Below are positions 1-6,987 of a DNA stretch of 64,000 nucleotides, in pieces (within the stretch, counting starts at the first letter, position 1; the number at the start of each line of letters is the position of its first letter). The notes under the pieces are model-generated. The model ran no database searches, was not told the origin of the DNA, and was given only the letters and a program-made list of their open reading frames with translations. The DNA is from an uncultured Clostridia bacterium (GTDB lineage Bacteria > Bacillota > Clostridia > UMGS1883): contig CANPZO010000006.1 of assembly GCA_947589005.1 (NCBI GenBank), positions 19,959 through 83,958 on the forward strand, written 5' to 3'. The position numbers were made by a program, and so were the translations under genes.

Positions 1-161
1 TGGAGCAAATGCGGCCTGTAATGCTCAATTTTTTGGGAAACTATCGCTATTCCATCACTGTCTATTAAGTATTTTGCGTTGCTTATCCCCTTAATCTCAA
101 ATTCCTCGCCAAGCTCCACGCCCAGCATTTTAGCTACTTCGGACATATAATTTTTAGCCAT
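1..161 (-). CDS. phage-associated hypothetical protein (N-terminal part only; gene runs off the window)
   Basis: ATG at 161 follows an AAGGGGGTG RBS and reads MAKNYMSEVAKMLGVELGEEFEIKG... It starts 3 nt after the stop of the upstream ORF. Absent from the ORF track because it is truncated. Confidence 0.4.
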   Translation of the reverse strand, partial: MAKNYMSEVAKMLGVELGEEFEIKGISNAKYLIDSDGIAIVSQKIEHYRPHLL

Positions 162-164
162 TGC

Positions 165-518
165 CTATTTCACCCCCTTGACTTTTTCCTTTTTGTGTGA
201 TATACTAAATTTAACAATGTTTATCGGGCTTTGCCCCGCCGCTGCCGACTGCCATCGACAGCGGTATTTTTTATACGTCGCACAGCCCGGCCGCCACCGC
301 TGGCAGGTAACGGTCTCGGGGCGGGGCTGCGCGTCAGGGGTTCGCGCCTTAGCGTCCGGCGAGCGGTGCCGCCGATAATATTCCCGATAGTCCGCCAGCC
401 GTTTTTCTTCCCGACACTTTGGGCAAATTTTCGCCAAAGTGCTTTTGCGCCCAAACTCCGCCCCGCAGTTCTCGCACACGGCGAGTTCCGTTTGTCGCGG
501 CGAATATGTGCCCATCAT
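165..518 (-). CDS. small zinc-ribbon protein, phage early region
   Basis: CENC...CPKC motif pair near the N-terminus. ATGA start/stop overlap with the upstream ORF at 515-518. Confidence 0.5.
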   Translation of the reverse strand: MMGTYSPRQTELAVCENCGAEFGRKSTLAKICPKCREEKRLADYREYYRRHRSPDAKARTPDAQPRPETVTCQRWRPGCATYKKYRCRWQSAAAGQSPINIVKFSISHKKEKVKGVK

Positions 519-748
519 TCCGCCTCCCCGTCAGGGTCGGCGTATATTCGCGATATCAGCCAAACCGCCGCGCATATGTAACCTATCACCAACGCCGCGC
601 CCTCGGGCCCCGAGGCGAATACCGCGCCGAAGCCCCGGCCCCTGACGGCGTACAGCCCCAACATCGCTACTCCGACGGTTGCCTTTGCGACCTGTATAAC
701 CGCCGCCTCGTCCCTTAAAAATTGCCTTAATTTTTTCATCACTACCAT
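515..748 (-). CDS. small membrane protein (two hydrophobic segments)
   Basis: Hydrophobic stretches VAKATVGVAMLGLYAV and ALVIGYICAAVWLI. Translationally coupled within the operon. Confidence 0.5.
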   Translation of the reverse strand: MVVMKKLRQFLRDEAAVIQVAKATVGVAMLGLYAVRGRGFGAVFASGPEGAALVIGYICAAVWLISRIYADPDGEAE

Positions 749-754
749 CTCCCC

Positions 755-997
755 TTACATTACCTCTTTTCTCGGTCGTCCGGGCTTGCTCCCCGCATAT
801 TTGACGGAAGGGTTTCCCTGAGTCTCCATGTATTCCTGATACTTCGTCCAGTTTGCCAAAATGGGCGCGTAGTTCCCTCTTTGCCTCTTAAACATCAGTC
901 CGTTAGGCGAGTTGAGGAAATTCCTCGCCGCCTGTACGCTTCCAAACCCCGCCCGGCGTGCAAACTCTTTCACCGGCACATATTCATATATCGCCAT
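755..997 (-). CDS. hypothetical phage protein, possibly DNA-binding
   Basis: 80 aa with a basic C-terminus (KPGRPRKEVM). Sits 6 nt upstream of the next gene. Confidence 0.45.
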   Translation of the reverse strand: MAIYEYVPVKEFARRAGFGSVQAARNFLNSPNGLMFKRQRGNYAPILANWTKYQEYMETQGNPSVKYAGSKPGRPRKEVM

Positions 998-1010
998 ATT
1001 TTCACCTCCC

Positions 1011-1145
1011 TTATTTCCTCAGTAGAATAACCGTAGCAATTCCCATGAACACAACCAACCCAATGAATGTCAGAATTGCCACCAGTGTAAACACTTCATA
1101 CATATTGTCGCAAAACCACTCCCAAAGACTACTGAAAAACTTCAT
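1011..1145 (-). CDS. 44-aa single-pass membrane peptide
   Basis: Hand translation gives MKFFSSLWEWFCDNMYEVFTLVAILTFIGLVVFMGIATVILLRK. It fills the gap between two operon genes and is below the ORF-track length cutoff. Confidence 0.35.
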   Translation of the reverse strand: MKFFSSLWEWFCDNMYEVFTLVAILTFIGLVVFMGIATVILLRK

Positions 1146-1157
1146 CCGCCTCACCTC

Positions 1158-1361
1158 CTATTCTCCGCTGTCCCTTAACAGCTCGTCCACCGTACAGCCG
1201 AAAATGTTTGAAAGTCTCACCAGCAAATCAACGCCGGGCTTCATAAAATCATGCTCAATCTTGTTAATCGCCACCTGAGATACAAACGCCTTTGCCCCTA
1301 ACTCGCGTTGAGTAAGACCATTCTGTTTCCTGTACATTCTGATCCGGCTTCCTATCGTCAC
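1158..1361 (-). CDS. XRE-family helix-turn-helix transcriptional regulator
   Basis: RMYRKQNGLTQRELGAKAFVSQVAINKIE is an HTH_3-type motif. GTG start with an AGGAGG RBS 8 nt upstream. Confidence 0.8.
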   Translation of the reverse strand: MTIGSRIRMYRKQNGLTQRELGAKAFVSQVAINKIEHDFMKPGVDLLVRLSNIFGCTVDELLRDSGE

Positions 1362-1376
1362 TTTATATGCCTCCTT

Positions 1377-2090
1377 TCATTCATTCGTGTGAACAACTTC
1401 ATCATCGTATGGCTCATCATCGCCGCAACACGTAATTTTTTTCTCAAACTCATACACCTCAACCGGCGTGTAATCCGTCCGCTCAACCGACACACAGTAA
1501 AATTGATTTCCATCATTACGATACATTGGATTTCCATGCACATGACCGAAAATGTTAAAATACGGCATATTTGCGTTTATGTACATGGGCTCATGCGATA
1601 ATATAAAAAACCCTTTAAGTATCACTGGATGGTCGTACACCTCATCAAAGCCGCACCGCCTGTAAAACTCGTTGCTTTCTGTATCGTGGTTGCCTTTCAC
1701 GAGGAATTTATGTCCGTTCAGGTACTTACAGCATACTTTGGCGTATAGACTGTTCAAGCAAAAATCCCCCAGCACCCACACCGTATCTTCCGGCAATACA
1801 AGCCTGTTCCAGTTTTCTTGTATGGCAGCGCCCATGGAATTGACATCCTTGAAGGGTCGATTTTCATATCGAATTATTTTTTCGTCCATAAAGTGTGTGT
1901 CCGCGATAAAAAATGTTCGAGGCTCACCTTTGTATCTACGGGCAATGGCTGTGTCGTCTTCTTGTTTTTTTGTTCTTTCTTTACGTCGTGCTTCCACAGC
2001 CTGAACCTCGCGCTCATACCGTTCTTTCGGTGTTGCCAAAAATGCTTTTTTCATTGACTCAAACCATAGATTTTGAATATCGGATGGCAT
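1377..2090 (-). CDS. calcineurin-like metallophosphoesterase
   Basis: Motifs FFIADTHF, VLGDF, KGNHD and FGHVHGN. Confidence 0.8.
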   Translation of the reverse strand: MPSDIQNLWFESMKKAFLATPKERYEREVQAVEARRKERTKKQEDDTAIARRYKGEPRTFFIADTHFMDEKIIRYENRPFKDVNSMGAAIQENWNRLVLPEDTVWVLGDFCLNSLYAKVCCKYLNGHKFLVKGNHDTESNEFYRRCGFDEVYDHPVILKGFFILSHEPMYINANMPYFNIFGHVHGNPMYRNDGNQFYCVSVERTDYTPVEVYEFEKKITCCGDDEPYDDEVVHTNE

Positions 2091-2095
2091 AATTT

Positions 2096-2293
2096 TTACA
2101 TCTCCTTCCCGCCGTCCCTTAACAGCTCGTCAATGCTGCACTTCAACGCCACCGCAAGTGCCTGAAGTGTCGCGACCCTCGGTTTCGCCGCTCCGGCCTC
2201 CCACTTTGCCACCGTAGTTTGGTCTACTCCGACCAACTTTGCCACCTGCGCCTGTGTGAACCCGCGTTCCGCTCTGATTTTTGCCAAATTCAT
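2096..2293 (-). CDS. XRE-family HTH regulator (Cro-like)
   Basis: RAERGFTQAQVAKLVGVDQTTVAKWE motif. The ATG at 2293 with a GGAGG RBS is preferred over the longer ORF-track start at 2311. Confidence 0.8.
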   Translation of the reverse strand: MNLAKIRAERGFTQAQVAKLVGVDQTTVAKWEAGAAKPRVATLQALAVALKCSIDELLRDGGKEM

Positions 2294-2319
2294 TAAATTC
2301 GCCTCCAACAAAATAGAAG

Positions 2320-2348
2320 TTGATTTATATGTGAAAATGTGTTATAAT
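2320..2348 (+). promoter_or_regulatory. sigma70-type promoter TTGATT-17-TATAAT
   Basis: -35 at 2320-2325 and -10 at 2343-2348, 30 nt upstream of the 2378 ATG. Confidence 0.5.
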
Positions 2349-2377
2349 GATATAAATTCATAAAAGGCGGGTATTAC

Positions 2378-3082
2378 ATGGATAAGATATATAAAGTAAA
2401 ACAAGAAGTTTTTAACCTCGGCGGACAGTTAAAAGGAATATATTTAGACGTTCCCCAAAAGTGTCCAAAGTGCGAATACAACGATACACTCCAATTAAAA
2501 ACTCATGTTTCATGGGAGTTTCCTCAATATCTTTGTCAACTTAGCGTTATTTTTAAATGTTGTCACTGTAAAATGCCTACATACGCTATTTATTTGATTT
2601 CCGGTCCTAAATTTTCACCATCATCGCATCTAATAGATGTTTTCCCACGATACAAAAGGGCATCAGATTTTGATTCCATAATTTCAGAAATTTCTCCAAG
2701 ATTCATTGAAATATATAATCAGGCTTATGTAGCCGAGCAAAATAATCTTACCGAATTGTGTGGCATGGGATATCGAAAGGCTTTTGAAATATTCATCAAG
2801 GACTATGTTTTGTCTAAGGAAAATTATAGCGACTCCTATGCAGCAACAATACGTAACGAACAAATATCAGCTACTATAGACCGCCTTAACTCTGATGCCC
2901 ACCCCTTAACCAAAGAACTTGCCAAACGTGTTATTTGGCTATGTAACGACCAAACTCATTACTCCAACTATCACCCAGATAAAAACATTACTGACATAAA
3001 ACAGCTTATCAACGATACGCTGTACTGGCTATGTGTCTCTATCCGCAGTCAGCAATATATAAACGATATAAAGCACAAGTAA
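2378..3082 (+). CDS. zinc-ribbon plus DUF4145-like domain protein (moron, opposite orientation to the early operon)
   Basis: N-terminal CPKC...CCHC. The C-terminal GYRKAFEIFIKDYV...WLCNDQTHY resembles the DUF4145 pattern. The gene is AT-rich. The domain call is from memory of the family pattern. Confidence 0.5.
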   Translation: MDKIYKVKQEVFNLGGQLKGIYLDVPQKCPKCEYNDTLQLKTHVSWEFPQYLCQLSVIFKCCHCKMPTYAIYLISGPKFSPSSHLIDVFPRYKRASDFDSIISEISPRFIEIYNQAYVAEQNNLTELCGMGYRKAFEIFIKDYVLSKENYSDSYAATIRNEQISATIDRLNSDAHPLTKELAKRVIWLCNDQTHYSNYHPDKNITDIKQLINDTLYWLCVSIRSQQYINDIKHK

Positions 3083-3083
3083 G

Positions 3084-3338
3084 CTAAAGTCGTTCATCAC
3101 CCAAATATGCCCTCGTAAGCGTCAATAATGCTTTTGCCATGTTAAACGTAAGCCCACGATCTCTCAACCAAAATATCAAATCCTTTGCGAGTTTTACTGT
3201 TTTTTCGAGTTCTTCGGGTTCCAAATTTTTTAAAACCTCATCTTCTAATGTCGCCGCGATCCGTCTATTAGGCGACATCCTTTTTTGCCATTCGGCCATA
3301 TCGTCAATGTTTTTAATCTCTTGCCCATAAGCGCACAT
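3084..3338 (-). CDS. hypothetical protein, first gene of the leftward (lytic-direction) transcript
   Basis: AGGGGG RBS 8 nt upstream of the ATG, directly downstream of a consensus promoter. Confidence 0.5.
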   Translation of the reverse strand: MCAYGQEIKNIDDMAEWQKRMSPNRRIAATLEDEVLKNLEPEELEKTVKLAKDLIFWLRDRGLTFNMAKALLTLTRAYLGDERL

Positions 3339-3367
3339 CTTTCAACCCCCTAAATGAATTTAATTCA

Positions 3368-3396
3368 ATTATACATGAATTTTTCTCATTTGTCAA
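3368..3396 (-). promoter_or_regulatory. consensus promoter TTGACA-17-TATAAT (leftward)
   Basis: On the minus strand, -35 at 3391-3396 and -10 at 3368-3373. Confidence 0.6.
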
Positions 3397-3439
3397 TACC
3401 TCAAATGAAAATTATTCATTTATTTTTTTATATGCCCCC

Positions 3440-3468
3440 TTTACAAAGTTGAAATTATTTCATATAAT
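3440..3468 (+). promoter_or_regulatory. promoter TTTACA-17-TATAAT for the repressor gene
   Basis: -35 at 3440-3445 and -10 at 3463-3468. AGGAGG at 3494-3499 and a TTG start at 3508. Confidence 0.55.
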
Positions 3469-3491
3469 TATTTTAGATGAAATAATTTCAA
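3449..3491. promoter_or_regulatory. 15-bp inverted repeat operator flanking the -10 of the repressor promoter
   Basis: TTGAAATTATTTCAT (3449-3463) pairs with ATGAAATAATTTCAA (3477-3491). A related ATGAA..TTCAT palindrome lies at 3403-3421. Confidence 0.5.
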
Positions 3492-3507
3492 TAAAGGAGG
3501 GTTTATT

Positions 3508-4140
3508 TTGTTTGCAGAAAGACTACGCGAGCTTAGAACGGAGCACAATTTACAACAAAAAGAACTTGCAAAAAAGCTCTTTGTGGATGCCAGTACTGTT
3601 AGTCAGTGGGAACGAGGTAAAGCTAAACCCGACTATCAGAAACAACAAATGCTTGCCGACTTATTTAATGTATCACTTGACTATTTAACTGGTCGCAGCG
3701 ACACCCTCACTCCTACAAAAAAAGAAGCCAGTCCTCAGACTGGCGTGAAAATTCCCGTTTTGGGTACCGTACGTGCCGGATACCCAATTTATGCCGAAGA
3801 AAACATCCTTGACTACGAGGAAATCTCTCGGCACATGGCCTCCACCGGCGAATTCTTTGCCCTACGCATAGTCGGCGACAGCATGGAGCCACGTATGTTC
3901 TCGGGCGACATCATCATTGTCCGTAAACAAGAATATATCGACAGTGGCGACATCGCCGTGGTCCTTGTTGACGGCTTCGAGGCCACTGTCAAAAAAGTAA
4001 TAAAACAGGACAAGGGAATTATGCTCATTCCACTCAACAGTAGTTGTGACTACGAACCCACCTTCTATTCCTCAAAGGAAATCGAAACACTTCCCGTCGC
4101 CATTCTTGGCAAGGTGGTCGAAGTCCGTGGCCGAGTGTAA
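3508..4140 (+). CDS. CI/LexA-like phage repressor (XRE HTH plus S24 peptidase domain)
   Basis: N-terminal LRTEHNLQQKELAKKLFVDASTVSQWERG. The C-terminal VGDSMEP...DIAVV is the S24 signature. Confidence 0.85.
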   Translation: MFAERLRELRTEHNLQQKELAKKLFVDASTVSQWERGKAKPDYQKQQMLADLFNVSLDYLTGRSDTLTPTKKEASPQTGVKIPVLGTVRAGYPIYAEENILDYEEISRHMASTGEFFALRIVGDSMEPRMFSGDIIIVRKQEYIDSGDIAVVLVDGFEATVKKVIKQDKGIMLIPLNSSCDYEPTFYSSKEIETLPVAILGKVVEVRGRV

Positions 4141-4181
4141 TAAAAAATGAACAAAAATATGAAATGAGGAATATATGCTCT

Positions 4182-4466
4182 ATGAAAAAAATCTTTTGCA
4201 CAATATTGTTAGTCTTAGATGTTTTGTCTTTTTTGATATTAGGATTTTTGTCACAATTTCTAATCAAGGTTGATGATGTAACCGGTTTGGTAACAGACGG
4301 TTTCGGCAGGATTTTATCAGATACGCCGTACCTTTTACAGAAGGTCGGACTTTACGAATGGGCCGGAATAAAATGGTTTATTATTGACTCAATTTGCGGA
4401 TGGGCAATGATTGCTATAGCTTATTTTCTGTTTACTGCCATTTGGGGAAACAAGGATGATGTATGA
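4182..4466 (+). CDS. small membrane protein
   Basis: Hydrophobic N-terminal and C-terminal segments. ATG 4182 has a GAGGA RBS. The stop overlaps the next start (ATGA at 4463-4466). AT-rich. Confidence 0.5.
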   Translation: MKKIFCTILLVLDVLSFLILGFLSQFLIKVDDVTGLVTDGFGRILSDTPYLLQKVGLYEWAGIKWFIIDSICGWAMIAIAYFLFTAIWGNKDDV

Positions 4467-5014
4467 TGATATTTTTCAACAAAAAATATACTTACCATAA
4501 TATCTTGCTAAAACATTACAAAAATATAGTAAGAATTTTAAAACAATACTGTAAAAATTATCTTGATGAATTTGCATACAGCGACCTTCTATCGCTGCTT
4601 TATGTCATTGTTGACGTGTATTTTTGGCAATTAGATGCCACCCGTCGTCAAGAAGTCGTTATCGGATGTTTTGACAAGGAAATCATTAAACTGTGCAACG
4701 AAAATCCAGAGTACGAGGAAAAATTTTATAAGCGAGTTGATTTTTACTCATCGTTTGTAACAGGTGAACGTTTTCCCATATTTAACTGCTGTATTACTAT
4801 GGAAAAATCCTTAACAATAGACTTTGCAAATAAAAGCGTGTTATTTCGTTTGTTGGTTGCCTTTTTTGATTGTCTTATTAATTCCTCGTGTCGAGATGAC
4901 TATGACAATGCAAAGTTTATAATTCCAACAAACAACTTGCTCTTATTAATTCCAAACTGTATCATTCCAGAAATGGTTCAAGAAATAATTTCTCTCAAAA
5001 AAGAATTAATATAA
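4463..5014 (+). CDS. hypothetical cytosolic protein, no recognisable motif
   Basis: 183-aa ORF translationally coupled to the upstream gene. AT-rich. Confidence 0.5.
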   Translation: MMIFFNKKYTYHNILLKHYKNIVRILKQYCKNYLDEFAYSDLLSLLYVIVDVYFWQLDATRRQEVVIGCFDKEIIKLCNENPEYEEKFYKRVDFYSSFVTGERFPIFNCCITMEKSLTIDFANKSVLFRLLVAFFDCLINSSCRDDYDNAKFIIPTNNLLLLIPNCIIPEMVQEIISLKKELI

Positions 5015-5053
5015 GCGCGGTGCAGTTTTTATAATTACGTGAGGTGAAATTAC

Positions 5054-5362
5054 ATGATTACATATATTGTTGGCACAATTTTTGCTATACTTGGTCTTGT
5101 TGGCTACTATGCAAACATTCTTCCACTCTTAATCATTGCTGTGGCATTTATAGTCACGGAGGCAATTGTCGAACTGACAAAGGGAACATTAAATAATATA
5201 AACACATATATTAGCGCTCTCGTTATTGGGCTTATAGTATCACTGATATTTAAATTGAATATCCCACTGACCTTATGCGTTTCACTATGCTACGAAGAAC
5301 TTGTTATGACGGGTATTTCGTTAATTTTTATAATTATATCACTCACTAAAAAACAAAAGTAG
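5054..5362 (+). CDS. small multi-pass membrane protein
   Basis: About four hydrophobic segments. GAGGTG RBS. Confidence 0.55.
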   Translation: MITYIVGTIFAILGLVGYYANILPLLIIAVAFIVTEAIVELTKGTLNNINTYISALVIGLIVSLIFKLNIPLTLCVSLCYEELVMTGISLIFIIISLTKKQK

Positions 5363-5386
5363 TGTGATACACCATGATATCACCGT

Positions 5387-5455
5387 TCTTATCGCCGTCA
5401 TCGCCGTTACGGTTATTGTCTATGTCGCCTACAACATTGGCCTGTAACAGTAGGT
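5387..5455 (+). repeat. 69-nt dispersed repeat, copy A
   Basis: 66 of 69 positions identical to 5927-5995, at an offset of exactly 540 nt. Confidence 0.9.
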
Positions 5456-5502
5456 CGGATGCCGCCATTCTAACCTGGCAAAACCACAATGTTAGGTATA
5501 CA

Positions 5503-5534
5503 AATAAAAAAATAACGTCCCATCTCGGGACGTA
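5503..5534 (-). terminator. intrinsic terminator of the 5556-5759 gene
   Basis: ACGTCCC/GGGACGT stem (5516-5522 / 5528-5534) followed by a U-run on the minus strand. Confidence 0.6.
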
Positions 5535-5555
5535 TAAATTTCAAGACTATGCGTT

Positions 5556-5759
5556 TTATAAAGCAGCAACGTCACTATCATTAACCACATCTGCTAAAAA
5601 CGCCTTTGCTTTTTCAATGCTTATTCCTTTATAGGCAGCCAATTGTTCCGCTAAAATTCGCGATTCCGTTTGAAACATCGCTAAAGCGTCCACCGGTTTA
5701 GCGGATAACTTCACTTCGCAGATGTTTTTCTTATTTACCTTTGCTTTTATATAGCTCAT
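5556..5759 (-). CDS. hypothetical 67-aa protein
   Basis: AGGAGG RBS 8 nt upstream of the ATG, and its own terminator. Confidence 0.55.
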   Translation of the reverse strand: MSYIKAKVNKKNICEVKLSAKPVDALAMFQTESRILAEQLAAYKGISIEKAKAFLADVVNDSDVAAL

Positions 5760-5818
5760 AATCGCGCCTCCTGCTGTTTTGTTAATATATTAACTGCTAA
5801 TGTTAAATACGTTTTTTT

Positions 5819-5827
5819 GGGGGGGGG
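5819..5827. repeat. G9 homopolymer preceded by T7
   Basis: tttttttggggggggg read directly, about 60 nt upstream of the 5759 start codon. Confidence 0.9.
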
Positions 5828-5897
5828 CGGTATGTGTACAAGATATTATTTAACTCTATAATAAATTATACCATAAACAACTTGACATTGCAACCCC

Positions 5898-5927
5898 TTG
5901 GCGTGAAAATTAAAGTTGCTACACATT
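5898..5927 (+). repeat. 30-nt perfect direct repeat X, copy 1
   Basis: TTGGCGTGAAAATTAAAGTTGCTACACATT is identical to 6988-7017. Confidence 0.95.
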
Positions 5928-5995
5928 TCTTATCGCCGTCACCGCCGTTGCGGTTATTGTCTATGTCGCCTACAACATTGGCCTGTAACATTAGG
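5927..5995 (+). repeat. 69-nt dispersed repeat, copy B
   Basis: See copy A at 5387-5455. Confidence 0.9.
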
Positions 5996-5999
5996 CAAG

Positions 6000-6019
6000 G
6001 CTGTGACGTTTCTTAGCGA
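6000..6019 (+). repeat. 20-nt direct repeat Y, copy 1
   Basis: GCTGTGACGTTTCTTAGCGA-type sequence, 19 of 20 identical to 6913-6932. Confidence 0.8.
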
Positions 6020-6100
6020 TGTACGATAGGGGCAAAAAATATAAATCGGGCGAATTGCAAAAATTTTTTAAAAAAAATCAAAAAATTTCGAATTTTTCTG

Positions 6101-6129
6101 TTGACAAAACTGAAACCGGGCAGTATAAT
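6101..6129 (+). promoter_or_regulatory. perfect consensus promoter TTGACA-17-TATAAT
   Basis: -35 at 6101-6106 and -10 at 6124-6129, with an A/T-rich UP-like tract upstream. Confidence 0.65.
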
Positions 6130-6162
6130 ATATGTGTAAAGTCGCTTTACGCTATGTTAATC

Positions 6163-6225
6163 AGCTCTTGGGAGTAAGTCCCCCACCATCAGGGGAGTTC
6201 AGAAACCAAGAGCTTTTATATTTTT
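6163..6225 (+). promoter_or_regulatory. structured 5' leader: long stem-loop plus U-tract (terminator/attenuator-like)
   Basis: AGCTCTTGG (6163-6171) pairs with CCAAGAGCT (6206-6214). An inner TCCCC/GGGGA stem is present. The structure is followed by TTTTATATTTTT and ends 20 nt before the NYN start codon. Confidence 0.5.
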
Positions 6226-6245
6226 ACTGAGGATGTGATGAAAAG

Positions 6246-6950
6246 ATGAAAACGGCAATTCTTGTCGATGGTGGATTTTATAGGTGTCAAAGTTATAGGC
6301 TTTTTGGCGAGAAAAATCCCGAAGACCGTGCCGATGAATTGTTTAGGTACTGTAAAAAGCATTTGTCAACCAAGTATGCGAATTATGACTTGTATCGCAT
6401 TTTTTACTATGATTGCCCTCCGCTGAATAAACAGGTATACAATCCCATAACAAAAAAGAGCGTTGACCTCTCAAAATCGGAACTGTATTTGTGGATGACG
6501 GAATTTCTTACTAAGTTAAAAGGAAAACGCAAACTCGCGCTTAGACTCGGTAGAATATCAGACACAAAAGTTATCTATACCCTGCCTGACGATACTGTAA
6601 AAAAGCTTCTTACAAGAACAATCTCTATTGATGATATAACAGAGAACGATTTAAAGCTGAATGTTAGGCAGAAAGGCGTTGATATGAAAATTGGCGTCGA
6701 TATTGCCTCTATGGCTTTTAAAAGGCAGGTCGACCAAATAGTGCTTATAGCCGGAGACAGCGATTTTGTTCCGGCAGCAAAACTTGCGCGGCGCGAAGGG
6801 ATTGACTTTATTCTTGACCCTATGTCTAATCATGTTTCAGACGATCTTTTCGAACACATTGACGGAATACATACCCACTATAAAAAATTTACCAATACGA
6901 CGGACCAGCAAAGCTGTGACGTTTCTCAGCGCCGTACAGTAGGGGATTGA
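6246..6950 (+). CDS. NYN (LabA-like, PIN-related) domain protein, predicted ribonuclease
   Basis: AILVDGGF...GVDMKIGVDI...LIAGDSDFVPAAKLARREG matches the NYN/LabA acidic-residue pattern. The last ~15 codons run through repeat Y. Confidence 0.8.
   Translation: MKTAILVDGGFYRCQSYRLFGEKNPEDRADELFRYCKKHLSTKYANYDLYRIFYYDCPPLNKQVYNPITKKSVDLSKSELYLWMTEFLTKLKGKRKLALRLGRISDTKVIYTLPDDTVKKLLTRTISIDDITENDLKLNVRQKGVDMKIGVDIASMAFKRQVDQIVLIAGDSDFVPAAKLARREGIDFILDPMSNHVSDDLFEHIDGIHTHYKKFTNTTDQQSCDVSQRRTVGD
6913..6932 (+). repeat. 20-nt direct repeat Y, copy 2
   Basis: See 6000-6019. The TAG of copy 1 is CAG here. Confidence 0.8.
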
Positions 6951-6987
6951 CACAAAAGCACCACACCATATATTAATTTTGAACATA

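Noticed and set aside
5374-6016. Plus-strand ORFs 5374-5634 and 5834-6016 sharing FLSPS.PLRLLSMSPTTLACN, considered as a paralogous small-protein pair.
   Set aside because: The shared peptide is simply the 69-nt repeat translated. There is no RBS, the first ORF runs through a terminator and into a convergent gene, and the sequence is Ser/Pro/Leu low-complexity. It is kept only as a nucleotide repeat.
6238-6249. A three-codon uORF (MKR) overlapping the NYN start codon (ATGA).
   Set aside because: It is too short and lacks an independent RBS, so it is probably coincidental in an A-rich leader.
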